A stretch of DNA of 63,296 nt from Pirellulales bacterium (GTDB lineage: Bacteria; Planctomycetota; Planctomycetia; Pirellulales; UBA1268). Positions 1-9,199 of the stretch are shown one piece after another; position 1 is the stretch's first letter; each line of letters begins with the position of its first letter. Under the pieces are notes generated by a model. That model ran no database searches. It was not told where the DNA came from and worked only from the letters and a program-made list of their open reading frames with translations. The stretch is from positions 1 to 63,296 of the forward strand of contig JBIKKQ010000002.1 of assembly GCA_044360305.1 (NCBI GenBank), read 5' to 3'. The translations under genes were made by a program, and so were the position numbers.

Positions 1-722
1 GGTTTTTCATCTGGCGGTTCTTCGAGGGGATGGCCTTCAATATCTGCCTTCCCTCGGCGATCGGCGGCGACGTCATCAAGGCCTACCGTGTCGGCGACTC
101 CACGTCCCGCCGGCTGCTGGCCGGCTGCTCGATCCTCGCCGATCGGCTCACGGGACTGGCTGCGCTCGGCGTGCTGGCCTGCACCGCGTGGGCGGCCAGC
201 CGCACCTCCCTGCCCCCGGTCGCCGTGGCGGCGGTCGGGGGCGCGGTCCTTGCCGCGGTGCTCGCCGGCTTCTGGATCGGCACCCGCTGCCTCGACCGGA
301 TCCTCGCGATGCTGCCGCCGGACCATGCCGCGCGACGGTTTATCGCCCAGTTGCTTCCCTACCAGACGCGGCCGCGACTCCTCGTCAACGCCATCGGCTG
401 GAGCTTCATCGTGCAGATGGGGGGGGCGCTGGTCGTGGGAATCATGGCGAGGACGGTGGGCGTCCGACTCGGCCCCGTCGTCTGGTTCTCCGTGGTGCCG
501 CTCGTCTCCCTGCTGACGGTCCTGCCGATGAGCATCGGCGGCTTCGGCGTGCGCGAAGCTGCCGTGCAATCGCTGCTCGCCCATTACGGCGTGCCCGAGG
601 GCCAGGCATTGGCCGTCGCCCTGCTCTGGAGCCTGAGCACCGTCATCATGGGGCTGCTGGGCGGCCTGCTGTTCGTGGCCGACCGTCAGCCCACCGGCGC
701 GACAAGCGAGCCTTCCCGATAG
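1..722 (+). CDS. UPF0104 / lysyl-phosphatidylglycerol-synthase-TM-type (flippase-like) membrane protein, 5' partial
   Basis: The reading frame stays open from base 3 to the TAG at 720-722, with no stop upstream of the listed ATG at 30. Polytopic hydrophobic product. The motif NICLPSAIGGDVIKAYR is typical of this family. Confidence 0.6.
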   Translation, partial: FFIWRFFEGMAFNICLPSAIGGDVIKAYRVGDSTSRRLLAGCSILADRLTGLAALGVLACTAWAASRTSLPPVAVAAVGGAVLAAVLAGFWIGTRCLDRILAMLPPDHAARRFIAQLLPYQTRPRLLVNAIGWSFIVQMGGALVVGIMARTVGVRLGPVVWFSVVPLVSLLTVLPMSIGGFGVREAAVQSLLAHYGVPEGQALAVALLWSLSTVIMGLLGGLLFVADRQPTGATSEPSR

Positions 723-740
723 GGCGGCGGGAAACAGGCT

Positions 741-1763
741 TTACGGTTGCGGGGCCGCCGCGGCGTCAGGGCCCAGGCCGGCGAGCGCCGCCGTGGCGAT
801 CCGCCGGGTCAGTGCCGGCGAGGCCAGGTACAGCGGCAGCCCGTGGTTCTTGCCGACGATGCCGGCCGCGTCGGTCGCGCGGAATTCGATGTCGCCGGGC
901 AGCCAGCGGCGCGGCATGCCGACGTAGCCGAGCGCGTCGGCATGCACCCGCTTGTCGATCCAGGGGAAGAACCGCAGCGCGTCGTCGCGCGAGTTGATCA
1001 GCAGCGTCAACCGGTCGCAGCCGGCGAGTGTCTCCCGATACGGGCCGCGCGGCGCGAGGGCGTCGCAGCGGACCGCCGGGGCGATGAACACGAGGTGGGT
1101 CCGGCCTGGCCGCCCCGACCAGCCCCCCGCGTCGGCCGCGGCGTCGGCCGCCACCAGATCTTCGAGGGCCTCCAGCGTGATCAGCGCGCCGAAACTGTAG
1201 GCAACGATCGCCAGCGGCCGGTCAGGTTCGAGATGACGGAGAAACCAGCCCAGGTAATGGCCGTCGGCATGCGCCCGGCCGTACTTCGCCCGGCCGTCCC
1301 GGAGGAGCAGCCCCTCCTGCTCGCTCGGCCAGGAGAAGATTACGGTCCGCACCGGGCCGGCCGTCGGGCAGCAGCCGATCGCCTGGCGGACGAACTGCAA
1401 CCCCTGGGACTTCGCCTCACCGGGTTCGTAGCGGTTGCCATGAATGAAGACGAGCAGTGGCCGGGAGGCATCGGCGGTCAGGCTCGCCAGGTCGGACCGC
1501 TCCCAGCGACCGCGGGCCGGGTCGATGCACCGCTCCACCGCCAGGTCCGCGGCGGCGGGCGCCGCCGAGATGCAGGGCAGCCGCCGGGTGCTGACGAGCC
1601 AGACGTCCGCATCCGTCTGGCAGCAGGCCGCGGCCGGGCCGGCCCCGGCTCCGAGGGCCGGTGACGCGGCGGCGGCCAGCCGCAGGCCGGAGGCGGCCAC
1701 GATCATCAGGGCGATCGTTCGCATGCCGATCATCCGCTGCTGCACGGGTAATCCCTGCTTCAT
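741..1763 (-). CDS. secreted alpha/beta hydrolase, DUF900-like
   Basis: Motifs LLVFIHGN, FSWPSE and AYSFGALI (nucleophile elbow) fit the alpha/beta hydrolase DUF900 pattern. N-terminal signal-like segment MRTIALMIVAASGL. Start chosen at ATG 1763 (MKQGL), preceded by GGGGAAGGA. The track start at 1832 and the ATGs at 1733/1724 are alternatives. Confidence 0.6.
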   Translation of the reverse strand: MKQGLPVQQRMIGMRTIALMIVAASGLRLAAAASPALGAGAGPAAACCQTDADVWLVSTRRLPCISAAPAAADLAVERCIDPARGRWERSDLASLTADASRPLLVFIHGNRYEPGEAKSQGLQFVRQAIGCCPTAGPVRTVIFSWPSEQEGLLLRDGRAKYGRAHADGHYLGWFLRHLEPDRPLAIVAYSFGALITLEALEDLVAADAAADAGGWSGRPGRTHLVFIAPAVRCDALAPRGPYRETLAGCDRLTLLINSRDDALRFFPWIDKRVHADALGYVGMPRRWLPGDIEFRATDAAGIVGKNHGLPLYLASPALTRRIATAALAGLGPDAAAAPQP

Positions 1764-2085
1764 TCCTTCCCCTGTAGATCCTCCCTGCCGGCCTCGGGGA
1801 CGCGACGGCGGGACTCGAGAAAACTCTAGCACGCGTGTGCGGGTTCGCCGCGATCAGCCCGCCGTTCGCGGCCCCCTCTTCGGCCGCGTCCGCGGTCGTT
1901 CCACCGGCACCATCGGCACCGCCGGTGCGACTGGCCGGCCGTCGGTGCGCCGCCGAAAAATTTTCCCGCCGCCGACCGCCGCGCGCCGGATCGTGGGCTA
2001 CGGTTGTCAGGCGTCGCATCCGACGCCATGTCCCGTCGTTCCGCGGATCCCTCGTCCCCGATCCGCCCGCGTTGGAGTCGTGAAC

Positions 2086-2355
2086 ATGTCGCGCGTCCTC
2101 TGTCTGGCGGTCCTGCTCGGCGGCCTCGTGGCCGCCCCCGGTTGCAGCAGCTGCTTCGGCGGCCTCAATGGCTGCCGGCGGCCCTCGTTCATGGAATTTC
2201 GCTCGCCGTGTCGCGGGCAGGCCGAGCCGTGCCATGCGCCGGTCTGTGAGCCCGCCTGCGGTCCGGCACCGGCGGGCGAGTGCTGCGAACCGACGGGGGG
2301 CGGGACGATCGTCCCCGGTCCGGCCGGGGGCGAACGGGTGGGGACTTTCAGCTGA
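2086..2355 (+). CDS. small Cys-rich lipoprotein (89 aa), unknown function
   Basis: ATG at 2086 lies 8 nt after GGAG (2074-2077). Lipobox LVAAPGC. The mature part has 11 Cys in about 65 residues (CSSC, CEPAC, ECCEP). It is the in-frame tail of track ORF 1444..2355. Confidence 0.5.
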   Translation: MSRVLCLAVLLGGLVAAPGCSSCFGGLNGCRRPSFMEFRSPCRGQAEPCHAPVCEPACGPAPAGECCEPTGGGTIVPGPAGGERVGTFS

Positions 2356-2530
2356 GCCGACGGCCCGCGTGGCGGCGGGCCCGCCCTTCCGGTGATGCGC
2401 CGCTCTTGCCGGCCACGCGTCGGGCAAGCGGCACGTTGTGTGTCCGCTCCCGATTCGAGCGGCTCATCACCGGGCGGGCGCCGGCCCTTCCGGCGGCGGT
2501 ATACTGCCCGGCCCCCGCGCCGGAGCCGCC

Positions 2531-4018
2531 ATGTTCGAATCCCTGACCGCCTCCCTGTCCTCGGCCCTCGCCGGCCTCCGCGGCCGCGGCAAGCTGACCG
2601 AGGCCAACATGCGCGAGGGCCTGGGCCAGGTCCGCACCGCGCTGCTCGAGGCCGACGTCGCCTACGACGTCGTCGAGGGCTTTCTGTCGCGGGTCGCCGA
2701 CGCGGCCGTCGGCGCCAAGGTGCTCGAGTCGCTCGATCCGGCCCAGCAGCTCGTCGGCATCGTCCACCACGAGCTCGTCGGCCTGATGGGGCCGGTCGAT
2801 CACTCGTTCCATTTCCAGCCCGGCCGGACCACGGTGCTGATGCTCTGCGGCCTGCAGGGCTCGGGAAAGACGACGTCCTGCGCGAAGCTCGCCCGGCGGA
2901 TCAAGGAGCAGGGGCGGCACGTGATGCTCGTCGCGGCCGACCTGCAGCGACCGGCCGCCATCGAGCAGCTCTGCGTGCTCGGCCGCCAGCTCGGCGTCAC
3001 CGTGCACGCGCCGGCCGACATGCCGGGCGGGTCGGCCGATCCGGTCGCCGTCTGCACCGCCGGCGTCGCCCGGGCGAAGAAGGAAGGGGCCTCGGTCGTG
3101 ATCCTCGACACGGCCGGCCGGCTGGCGATCGACGAGGCCCTGATGCAGGAACTGGCCCGCATCGACCGCACGGTCGGTCCGGACCAGGTGTATCTCGTCG
3201 TCGATGCGATGACCGGCCAGGACGCCGTGCGCAGCGCCAAGGCGTTTCACGACGCCCTGGAGCTCGACGGCGTGATCATGACGAAGCTCGACGGCGACGC
3301 CCGCGGCGGTGCGGCGCTGTCGGTGAAGAGCGTCACCGGGGTGCCGATCAAGTTCATCGGCACCGGCGAGCAGGTCGAGGCGCTGGAGGAGTTCCATCCG
3401 GACCGGATGGCGGGCCGGATCCTCGGCATGGGGGACGTGGTGACCCTCGTCGAGGAGGCGCAGCGCAAGTTCGACCAGGACGAGATGCGGCGGCAGGAGG
3501 AGCGGCTGAAGGCGGGCGAGTTCACGCTCGACGACTTCAAGAAGATGCTCGCCCAGACCCGCCGGCTCGGGCCGCTCGGCAAGGTGCTGGGAATGATTCC
3601 CGGCATGGGGGGCATGCAGGAGATGCTCGGCGGCGCCGACCTCGAAAAGGACATGAACCGGCTGTTCGGAATCATCGACTCGATGACGCCGGAGGAACGC
3701 CGCAACCCCTCGCGGCTGGTGGACCAGTCGCGGCGCCGGCGGATCGCCACCGGCGCCGGCGTCGCGGCCCACGAGGTCGGCGACCTCGTCAAGCAGTTCG
3801 ACGGCATGAGCGCGATGATGAAGGGCATGGCCGGGCTGGGGATGCGGGAGCGGATGCAGCAGGTGCAGCGGCTCCAGGCCCAGCTCACGAACCCCTCGGC
3901 CCGGCTGGCGAAACCCAAGGGGGACACCGGCAAACGGCTCACCGCCGACGAGCGCCGGAAGCAAAAGAAGCAGCGCGAGAAGGACGCCCGGCGCCGGAAG
4001 CGCGGGGCCGGCGAGTGA
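2531..4018 (+). CDS. ffh: signal recognition particle protein Ffh
   Basis: [17 protein letters not shown]-terminus, [10 protein letters not shown]-loop, [15 protein letters not shown], and a Met-rich M domain with a basic tail. Start moved to ATG 2531 inside track ORF 2438..4018. Confidence 0.95.
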   Translation: MFESLTASLSSALAGLRGRGKLTEANMREGLGQVRTALLEADVAYDVVEGFLSRVADAAVGAKVLESLDPAQQLVGIVHHELVGLMGPVDHSFHFQPGRTTVLMLCGLQGSGKTTSCAKLARRIKEQGRHVMLVAADLQRPAAIEQLCVLGRQLGVTVHAPADMPGGSADPVAVCTAGVARAKKEGASVVILDTAGRLAIDEALMQELARIDRTVGPDQVYLVVDAMTGQDAVRSAKAFHDALELDGVIMTKLDGDARGGAALSVKSVTGVPIKFIGTGEQVEALEEFHPDRMAGRILGMGDVVTLVEEAQRKFDQDEMRRQEERLKAGEFTLDDFKKMLAQTRRLGPLGKVLGMIPGMGGMQEMLGGADLEKDMNRLFGIIDSMTPEERRNPSRLVDQSRRRRIATGAGVAAHEVGDLVKQFDGMSAMMKGMAGLGMRERMQQVQRLQAQLTNPSARLAKPKGDTGKRLTADERRKQKKQREKDARRRKRGAGE

Positions 4019-4082
4019 CGCCCTGCCGGACGGGACGCGGAGGAAAGGCTGGAGAGCCCCCCCGGGAAAAACCGAGGGAAAC

Positions 4083-4107
4083 CCCGCGGAAGACCCCGTT
4101 CCGCGGG
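4083..4107 (+). terminator. stem-loop downstream of ffh (possible intrinsic terminator)
   Basis: 9-bp perfect stem CCCGCGGAA/TTCCGCGGG (4083-4091 / 4099-4107) with a 7-nt loop, followed by the T-containing tail TCGCTCTTGGGTT. There is no clean U-tract, so this is tentative. Confidence 0.3.
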
Positions 4108-4236
4108 TCGCTCTTGGGTTCGGCCGGCCGGCGGATACCATAGGGTGCTCGGTCGGCTGGCGCTCGTCGCTGCCGACCAGGCCGGCGTGCGGCCGGTTTT
4201 GCAGGCAACAGGCATCGATCAGGGAGAGTTCAGACC

Positions 4237-4695
4237 GTGGCAGTCACGATTCGAATGAAGCGGATGGGGCGGAAGAACCGCGAGTATTACCGGATCTGCG
4301 CGACCGATCGTCGCAGTCCTCGGGACGGCCGCGTGATCGAGGAACTCGGCACCTACGATCCCCACGTGAGCGAGACCGATGCCCGCTGCACGCTCAACGG
4401 CCCGCGGGTCGATTACTGGCTGTCGGTCGGCGCCCAGCCGAGCGACGCGGTCCGCGTGCTGATCAAGAAGTACGGCACCAACGGCACCCATCTCCAGGCG
4501 ATGGAAGCGGCCCGCGCCAAGCTCGCCATGCCGCGGATTGTGCCCGATGCCGGCGAACCGGTGTTCGTGCCGGCTCCCAAACCGGAACCGGTGACGGCGA
4601 CGGCGACGGCGCCGGTCGAGGCAGCCGCCGAGCCGGCGGCCGAAGCCGCGGTGGCGCCCGCCGCGGAGCCTGCCGCCGAGCCGAAGGCCGAGTGA
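4237..4695 (+). CDS. rpsP: 30S ribosomal protein S16 with Ala/Pro/Glu-rich C-terminal extension
   Basis: GTG start 8 nt after AGGGAGAG. The N-terminus AVTIRMKRMGRKNREYYRI...DPH matches bS16. About 70 extra residues (PKPEPVTATATAPVEAAAEPAAE...) follow the conserved domain. Confidence 0.9.
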   Translation: MAVTIRMKRMGRKNREYYRICATDRRSPRDGRVIEELGTYDPHVSETDARCTLNGPRVDYWLSVGAQPSDAVRVLIKKYGTNGTHLQAMEAARAKLAMPRIVPDAGEPVFVPAPKPEPVTATATAPVEAAAEPAAEAAVAPAAEPAAEPKAE

Positions 4696-4776
4696 CATAC
4701 CTCCCGGGGCCGAGGGCGGCCCCGGCTCGTTTCCCGGGCACGGCATGCCGATGACCGGACCACGGTCCCACCAGCC

Positions 4777-5511
4777 ATGCGCATCGACATCGTCACCCTG
4801 TTTCCCGAGATGTTCGCGAGCTTCCTCGACGGCAGTCTGCTCGGCGCCGCGCGGCGGGCCGGCATCCTTGATGTCCGGTTGAGTAACTTCCGCGACTTCG
4901 CCCCGGGCGTGCACCGGCAGGTGGACGACCGCCCGTATGGCGGCGGCCCCGGCATGCTGCTCATGCCCGGACCGGTCGTGGAATGCGTCGAGGCGGTGCA
5001 GCGCGACGGGGAGCGGCCCGGGCACGTGGTGCTGCTCACTCCGGGTGGACGCCGGCTCGATCAGGGCGTGGTCGAGGAGCTCGCCGGCCGCGACCGGCTC
5101 GTGCTCGTCTGCGGCCGCTACGAGGGCTTCGATGCCCGCGTCCGCGAGGCGGTCGGGGCCGAGGAGATCTCGGTCGGCGATTACGTCCTCTCCGGCGGCG
5201 AGGTGGCCGCGATGGTGGTCGTGGACGCCGTCGCCCGGCTTGTTCCTGGCGTCCTCGGCGACGCCGAGAGCGCCCGCCAGGACTCCTTCTCCGGAGCCGA
5301 TCGGCTCGTGGAAGGCCCCCAGTACACGCGGCCGCGGGAGTTCCGCGGTCTCGAGGTTCCAGAGATCCTGCTTTCGGGCGATCATCGGCGGATCGCGGCC
5401 TGGCGTCGCGAGCAGGCGCTGGCCGCCACCCACCGCCGGGACGCCGAGCCGAGCCAGGTTCCCTTCCACCCGTCCACCCAGCCCCACCATTCCCAGAGGA
5501 GCGCATCATGA
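4777..5511 (+). CDS. trmD: tRNA (guanine37-N1)-methyltransferase
   Basis: [36 protein letters not shown] and HRRIAAWRR are classic TrmD motifs. Confidence 0.95.
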   Translation: MRIDIVTLFPEMFASFLDGSLLGAARRAGILDVRLSNFRDFAPGVHRQVDDRPYGGGPGMLLMPGPVVECVEAVQRDGERPGHVVLLTPGGRRLDQGVVEELAGRDRLVLVCGRYEGFDARVREAVGAEEISVGDYVLSGGEVAAMVVVDAVARLVPGVLGDAESARQDSFSGADRLVEGPQYTRPREFRGLEVPEILLSGDHRRIAAWRREQALAATHRRDAEPSQVPFHPSTQPHHSQRSAS

Positions 5512-5930
5512 GCCAGAAGATTCTCGCCGCCGTCGAGGCCTCGAGCCTCAAGTCCCAGGTGCCGACGTTCGCGATCGGCGACACCGTTGACGTCCACACC
5601 CGAATTCTCGAAGGAGAGAAGGAGCGGGTGCAGATCTTCAACGGCGTGGTGATCGCCCGCAGCGGCTCGGGCAGCCGGGAGATGTTCGTCGTCCGGCGGA
5701 TCGTGGCCGGCGAGGGCGTGGAGCGGAAGTTCCCCCTGCACTCGCCAAAGATCGCCAAGATCGAGGTCAAGCGGTCGGGCGTCTCGCGCCGGGCCAAGCT
5801 GTATTACCTCCGTGATCGGTCCGGCAAGTCCACCCGGCTGCGGGAGAAGCGCGAGGAGACGGGCACCGAGGCGACGGGTGGCAAGGCCGTCGCCGGGAAG
5901 GGTCGCAAGGCGGCCGTCGCCAAGGCCTGA
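5508..5930 (+). CDS. rplS: 50S ribosomal protein L19
   Basis: ATG 5508 overlaps the trmD stop (ATGA). [32 protein letters not shown]...[15 protein letters not shown] matches bL19. Lys/Ala-rich tail. It is the tail of track ORF 4983..5930. Confidence 0.95.
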   Translation: MSQKILAAVEASSLKSQVPTFAIGDTVDVHTRILEGEKERVQIFNGVVIARSGSGSREMFVVRRIVAGEGVERKFPLHSPKIAKIEVKRSGVSRRAKLYYLRDRSGKSTRLREKREETGTEATGGKAVAGKGRKAAVAKA

Positions 5931-5945
5931 TATCGGGACACCGCC

Positions 5946-6320
5946 GTGGCGACCCCGGACCGCGACGAACTCGGTCGCCGCGGCGAGGAGGCCGCGGCCG
6001 CCTACCTGCGCCGGCTCGGCTACCGGATCGTGGGCCGGCGCGAGCGGGTGCTGCGCGGCGACATCGACATCGTCGCCCTCGACGGCCGGACCGTGGTCTT
6101 CGTCGAAGTGCGATCACGGTCGGACACACTGCACGGCCATCCCGCCGAGACGGTCGGCCCCGTCAAGCAGCGCCGAATCGCCGAACTGGCCACGGCCTAC
6201 ATCCGCCGCCACCGGCTGGAGGACTGCCAGGTGCGGATCGACGTCGTAGCGGTGACGATTCCGGCCACTGGAAAACCGGTCGTCGACCACTATCAGAACG
6301 CGTTCGACAGCCCGTGGTGA
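5946..6320 (+). CDS. yraN: YraN-family (UPF0102) endonuclease-like protein
   Basis: GTG start. GEEAAAAYLRRLGYRIVGRR...GDIDIVALDGRTVVFVEVRSR matches the YraN/UPF0102 signature. Confidence 0.85.
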   Translation: MATPDRDELGRRGEEAAAAYLRRLGYRIVGRRERVLRGDIDIVALDGRTVVFVEVRSRSDTLHGHPAETVGPVKQRRIAELATAYIRRHRLEDCQVRIDVVAVTIPATGKPVVDHYQNAFDSPW

Positions 6321-6350
6321 CGCTTGGTTCGCGCGCCGTCGCAGCACGGC

Positions 6351-7382
6351 TCAGGGCGCGGGGGCGATGTCGGCCAACTCGTCCGCGTCGGTGAATGTCC
6401 GCAGGCCGCCGGCGGGAAGCCTGCGGGCCAGCCGCTCCAGCCGGCGGGCGACCTTGTGAGGGGCGCCGTGGCCGTCGGCGAGCCGGCGGATGAGGACGCC
6501 CTGGACCTGCTCAGGCCGGCGCCGGGCCACGTCCACGTAAACCTCGGGATCACGCTCCCCCGAGTCGCCCACGAGCAGGAAGCGGCGGGCCGGAAAGTCG
6601 TCCATGATCCGTTCGATCGCCCGCCGCTTCGCTCGCTTGCGCGACGGGAACCGGCCCAGCGGCGTCGAGTCCTTGAGGCGAAACAGCTTGAGGTGCATCG
6701 AGCCGGCCGGCAGGCCGGCGGCGCCGAGGAAGCCGCACAGGCAGTCGGAGAGCTGCCACGGGCTCGCCGAGACGTAGTGAAATGCGGCGCCCGCCGCCCG
6801 CCAGCGGGCGTAGATCTCCGCCATCCCCGGGACCGCGGCGAATTCGCGGACGAAGGTGTTGCGCAGCAGCTCGCGCCGATTGGCCACGTTGGTGACCTTG
6901 ATCGTGTCGTCGATGTCGGAGATCAGCGACAGGCCCACGTCGTCCACGAGGTGGATGCTGCCGCCGCGGACGGCGGCAGCGTCGTCGTCGTCCTCCGCGG
7001 GCAGGCCGCGGTACTCGAGCTGCCGGCCACCGGCGCCCCCCGGGACCGTGATCCGCTCGACGAGGTCGTCGTCGAGGGCGATCTCGGCACTGAAGTGGCC
7101 GCTGCGGTCGGAGACCCCTGCCTCGACGACCCGGTCGCCGAACGCCACCCGGAGCCGCTGTCCCGGGATCCGCTGGAACAGGAACGCGTCGGCCCGCATG
7201 CGAAACACGTCGGTGTCCATCTCGGCGGCATCGAGCTCCAGCAGCCGCCTGAGCACGGCCACTGCCAGCCCGCGCCGGCGGCTGCCGGCGGGGAGCGGTC
7301 GCGCGACCATTCCGGCCACGGTCGCCCGCCAGCCGCGGCCGTCGGGGCCGCGCCGCGCGTACGTCGGGAAAAACACGATCAT
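6351..7382 (-). CDS. App1-family phosphatidate phosphatase-like protein (DUF2183)
   Basis: The HAD-like motif ISDIDDTIKVTNV plus LVGDSGERDPEVY and overall length fit the App1/DUF2183 family. Confidence 0.75.
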   Translation of the reverse strand: MIVFFPTYARRGPDGRGWRATVAGMVARPLPAGSRRRGLAVAVLRRLLELDAAEMDTDVFRMRADAFLFQRIPGQRLRVAFGDRVVEAGVSDRSGHFSAEIALDDDLVERITVPGGAGGRQLEYRGLPAEDDDDAAAVRGGSIHLVDDVGLSLISDIDDTIKVTNVANRRELLRNTFVREFAAVPGMAEIYARWRAAGAAFHYVSASPWQLSDCLCGFLGAAGLPAGSMHLKLFRLKDSTPLGRFPSRKRAKRRAIERIMDDFPARRFLLVGDSGERDPEVYVDVARRRPEQVQGVLIRRLADGHGAPHKVARRLERLARRLPAGGLRTFTDADELADIAPAP

Positions 7383-7489
7383 GGGATGGCCGAGGAGGCG
7401 GTCCGGGCGCGGGCGGGTTCTTGCAACCGCCGGGGCATCATCTTACAACGTGGCGGCAGTCGGCTTCGTCTTCACGTGGAGAGCATGGC

Positions 7490-7579
7490 ATGGGCGTCAA
7501 GAAAACGGGCAAGGGTAGGCGGAAATTGGGCCAGAAGAAGCGCCGGATGCGGGCCCGCATCCGTCATCGCAAGGGCTGA
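7490..7579 (+). CDS. 29-aa highly basic mini-protein, bS22 (AURKAIP1/COX24-like) ribosomal-type candidate
   Basis: Not in the track because it is under 60 aa. ATG 7490 lies 8-9 nt after GGAGAG (7477-7482); TGA at 7577-7579. Product: MGVKKTGKGRRKLGQKKRRMRARIRHRKG (16 of 29 residues are K/R). The KKRR.R....HRK core resembles actinobacterial bS22 (KKRRKRMSKKKHRK, from memory). Confidence 0.5.
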   Translation: MGVKKTGKGRRKLGQKKRRMRARIRHRKG

Positions 7580-7580
7580 T

Positions 7581-7689
7581 CGCCCGGCGCCGGTTGATCG
7601 CGAGGGCTTTTCGCCCGGCGCCGGTTGATCGCGAGGGCTTTTCGCCCGGCGCCGGTTGATCGCGAGGGCTTTTCGCCCGGCGCCGGTTG
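7581..7689. repeat. 31-bp tandem repeat, 3 perfect copies plus a 16-nt partial copy
   Basis: Unit CGCCCGGCGCCGGTTGATCGCGAGGGCTTTT at 7581, 7612 and 7643, all identical. The copy at 7674 is truncated after CGCCCGGCGCCGGTTG. Each unit contains the 10-nt palindrome CCGGCGCCGG. The period is not a multiple of 3. Confidence 0.95.
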
Positions 7690-7885
7690 CAAGACCGGCA
7701 CATCTTTCCACGCGCCGCGACGTTCGCGGCTTCGATCCGCGACTCCGCGTTTGCCGCGCCCGTCCCGTGGGGTAGGGTTGCGAGGCTTCCGGCCCCGGCC
7801 GCACGTGACGCGGCTTCGGGTCCACCGGCGGAGGCCGCGATCTGGCACGGGCGGCCAAGGGTGGCGCCGGCGAGGAGAGACTTCG

Positions 7886-8326
7886 ATGCAGGTACGTGGA
7901 CGGGACACCATCGGCCGCGCCATCGCGTGCGGCGTCGCGGTCTTGGTCGGCTCCGGGCTGACCGGCTGCAAGTCGGTCACCGAGAAGTACATCGCGCTCG
8001 AGGTGTGGAAGTACGAGAAGCTGTTCGGCCATCTGCCGCCCGGTTTCGTCCCCCCCGGCGCCCCCCAGCCGGGCGCGGCGGGACCGCGGATCTGCGGCCA
8101 GGGTGGACCGTGCCAGACCGGCTGCCAGGCTCCGGCCGAAGGCTGTGACCAGTGCGCGGGCGTCGAGGGGGGCCAGGTGCTGCCCGGCGGGCCGCCCCCG
8201 GCCGCCGGGGCGCCGGCCGGTCCTGGTGGATCGCCCGGACCGATCGGGCCGATGAGCCCGACGAGCCACGTGCGCGGCTCGGTCTCCAAGCCGGTGATCA
8301 TTTCCGACGAGATGGTGATCCCGTAG
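7886..8326 (+). CDS. Pro/Gly/Cys-rich lipoprotein (146 aa), unknown function
   Basis: ATG 7886 follows GAGGAGAG (7872-7879). Lipobox GLTGC. The mature part has CGQGGPCQTGCQAPAEGCDQC and poly-Pro/Gly. It is the in-frame tail of track ORF 7625..8326. Confidence 0.55.
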   Translation: MQVRGRDTIGRAIACGVAVLVGSGLTGCKSVTEKYIALEVWKYEKLFGHLPPGFVPPGAPQPGAAGPRICGQGGPCQTGCQAPAEGCDQCAGVEGGQVLPGGPPPAAGAPAGPGGSPGPIGPMSPTSHVRGSVSKPVIISDEMVIP

Positions 8327-8347
8327 CCGGCGCTGCGTCGGTGGCGG

Positions 8348-9169
8348 TCAGTAGGCTGGCGGCCGGCCGTGGGCCTCGCCGGCGTGGACGGGCCCGGCCT
8401 CGAACTGGCCCTCGAAGATCCCGATGTCGATCTCGAACGGCCGCGCGGATACCGACAACTCGCCGGCGAACGGATAGCCGAACAGCGAGACGAGGTACAG
8501 GTTGAGCCCGATCACCAGGGCCACCAGTGCCGTCAGCAGCGTCTGGAGCCGGGTGTTACCGACGCTGAACAGGCCGGCGAACAGGATCGTGACCGCGGCG
8601 CCGATGAGCAGGGCCGCCCACTCGATGATCGGGATGCCGTACTGGGCCATGGTGGCCCGGTCGCGCCGTCGATCCCACAGGTCCCGGGCCTGCTCCAGCA
8701 GCAGGGGAAACACGGTCTTGTGCGTCTCCGTCACCGGCTCGAAGTCGTCGAGTGACCGCACCAGCTGCATGGCGGTCCGCCGCGCCTCGACGCTCATCCG
8801 GGCCTGCTGCATCAGCCGCCACTCGACGTTGACGACCTGGTCGGCGTAGCCGCGGCAGTGGTCCTGGACCCGCGTCCGCTGCGGCTCCGGCAGCCGCTCC
8901 GCGAGCAGGAAGATGTCGGCGAGACTGTTCGACTCCTGCTGGACGATCTCCATCGCCCGCTCGAACCGGACCATGGCATCGACGACGATCAGCCCGAGCA
9001 GCACCGCGTACAGCGTGCCGACGATGGCGAGCAGGTTGCCGGTGGCGTCGTGCGCCTGGCGCAGCACCGCCTCGGGAAACAGCCGCTGCACCAGGGTGAC
9101 GATCAGGACCGCGATGCCGATCCCGCTCCCCACGAGCAACACCCCGATCCAGCAGCCGGCGAATACCAT
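8348..9169 (-). CDS. DUF4239-like membrane protein (paralog 1)
   Basis: N-terminal and C-terminal TM segments flank a helical core (LLGLIVVDAMVRFERA...). Clearly homologous by eye to the product of 24479..25282 (LLGLIAVTAYQNVSDA...). The architecture matches what I recall of DUF4239. Confidence 0.7.
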   Translation of the reverse strand: MVFAGCWIGVLLVGSGIGIAVLIVTLVQRLFPEAVLRQAHDATGNLLAIVGTLYAVLLGLIVVDAMVRFERAMEIVQQESNSLADIFLLAERLPEPQRTRVQDHCRGYADQVVNVEWRLMQQARMSVEARRTAMQLVRSLDDFEPVTETHKTVFPLLLEQARDLWDRRRDRATMAQYGIPIIEWAALLIGAAVTILFAGLFSVGNTRLQTLLTALVALVIGLNLYLVSLFGYPFAGELSVSARPFEIDIGIFEGQFEAGPVHAGEAHGRPPAY

Positions 9170-9199
9170 CGTTGCACCCCTCGTCGCGTGCGTCCCGGG

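Noticed and set aside
4180-4200. Second terminator-like hairpin GGCCG-GCGTG-CGGCC followed by GGTTTT, just upstream of rpsP.
   Set aside because: The stem is only 5 bp and the structure sits 37 nt before the rpsP start. It is too weak to call, so I kept only the 9-bp hairpin at 4083-4107 as a tentative terminator.
4696-4776. Missing rimM or KH-domain gene between rpsP and trmD.
   Set aside because: Only 81 nt are available and no ORF fits. The gene is absent from the locus rather than unannotated.
7581-7689. Possible CRISPR array (31-nt repeats). The same question applies to the 35-nt repeats at 24288-24368.
   Set aside because: The 31-nt units are directly abutting with no spacers. The 35-nt repeat has only two copies with an 11-nt spacer. 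No cas genes are in the window.
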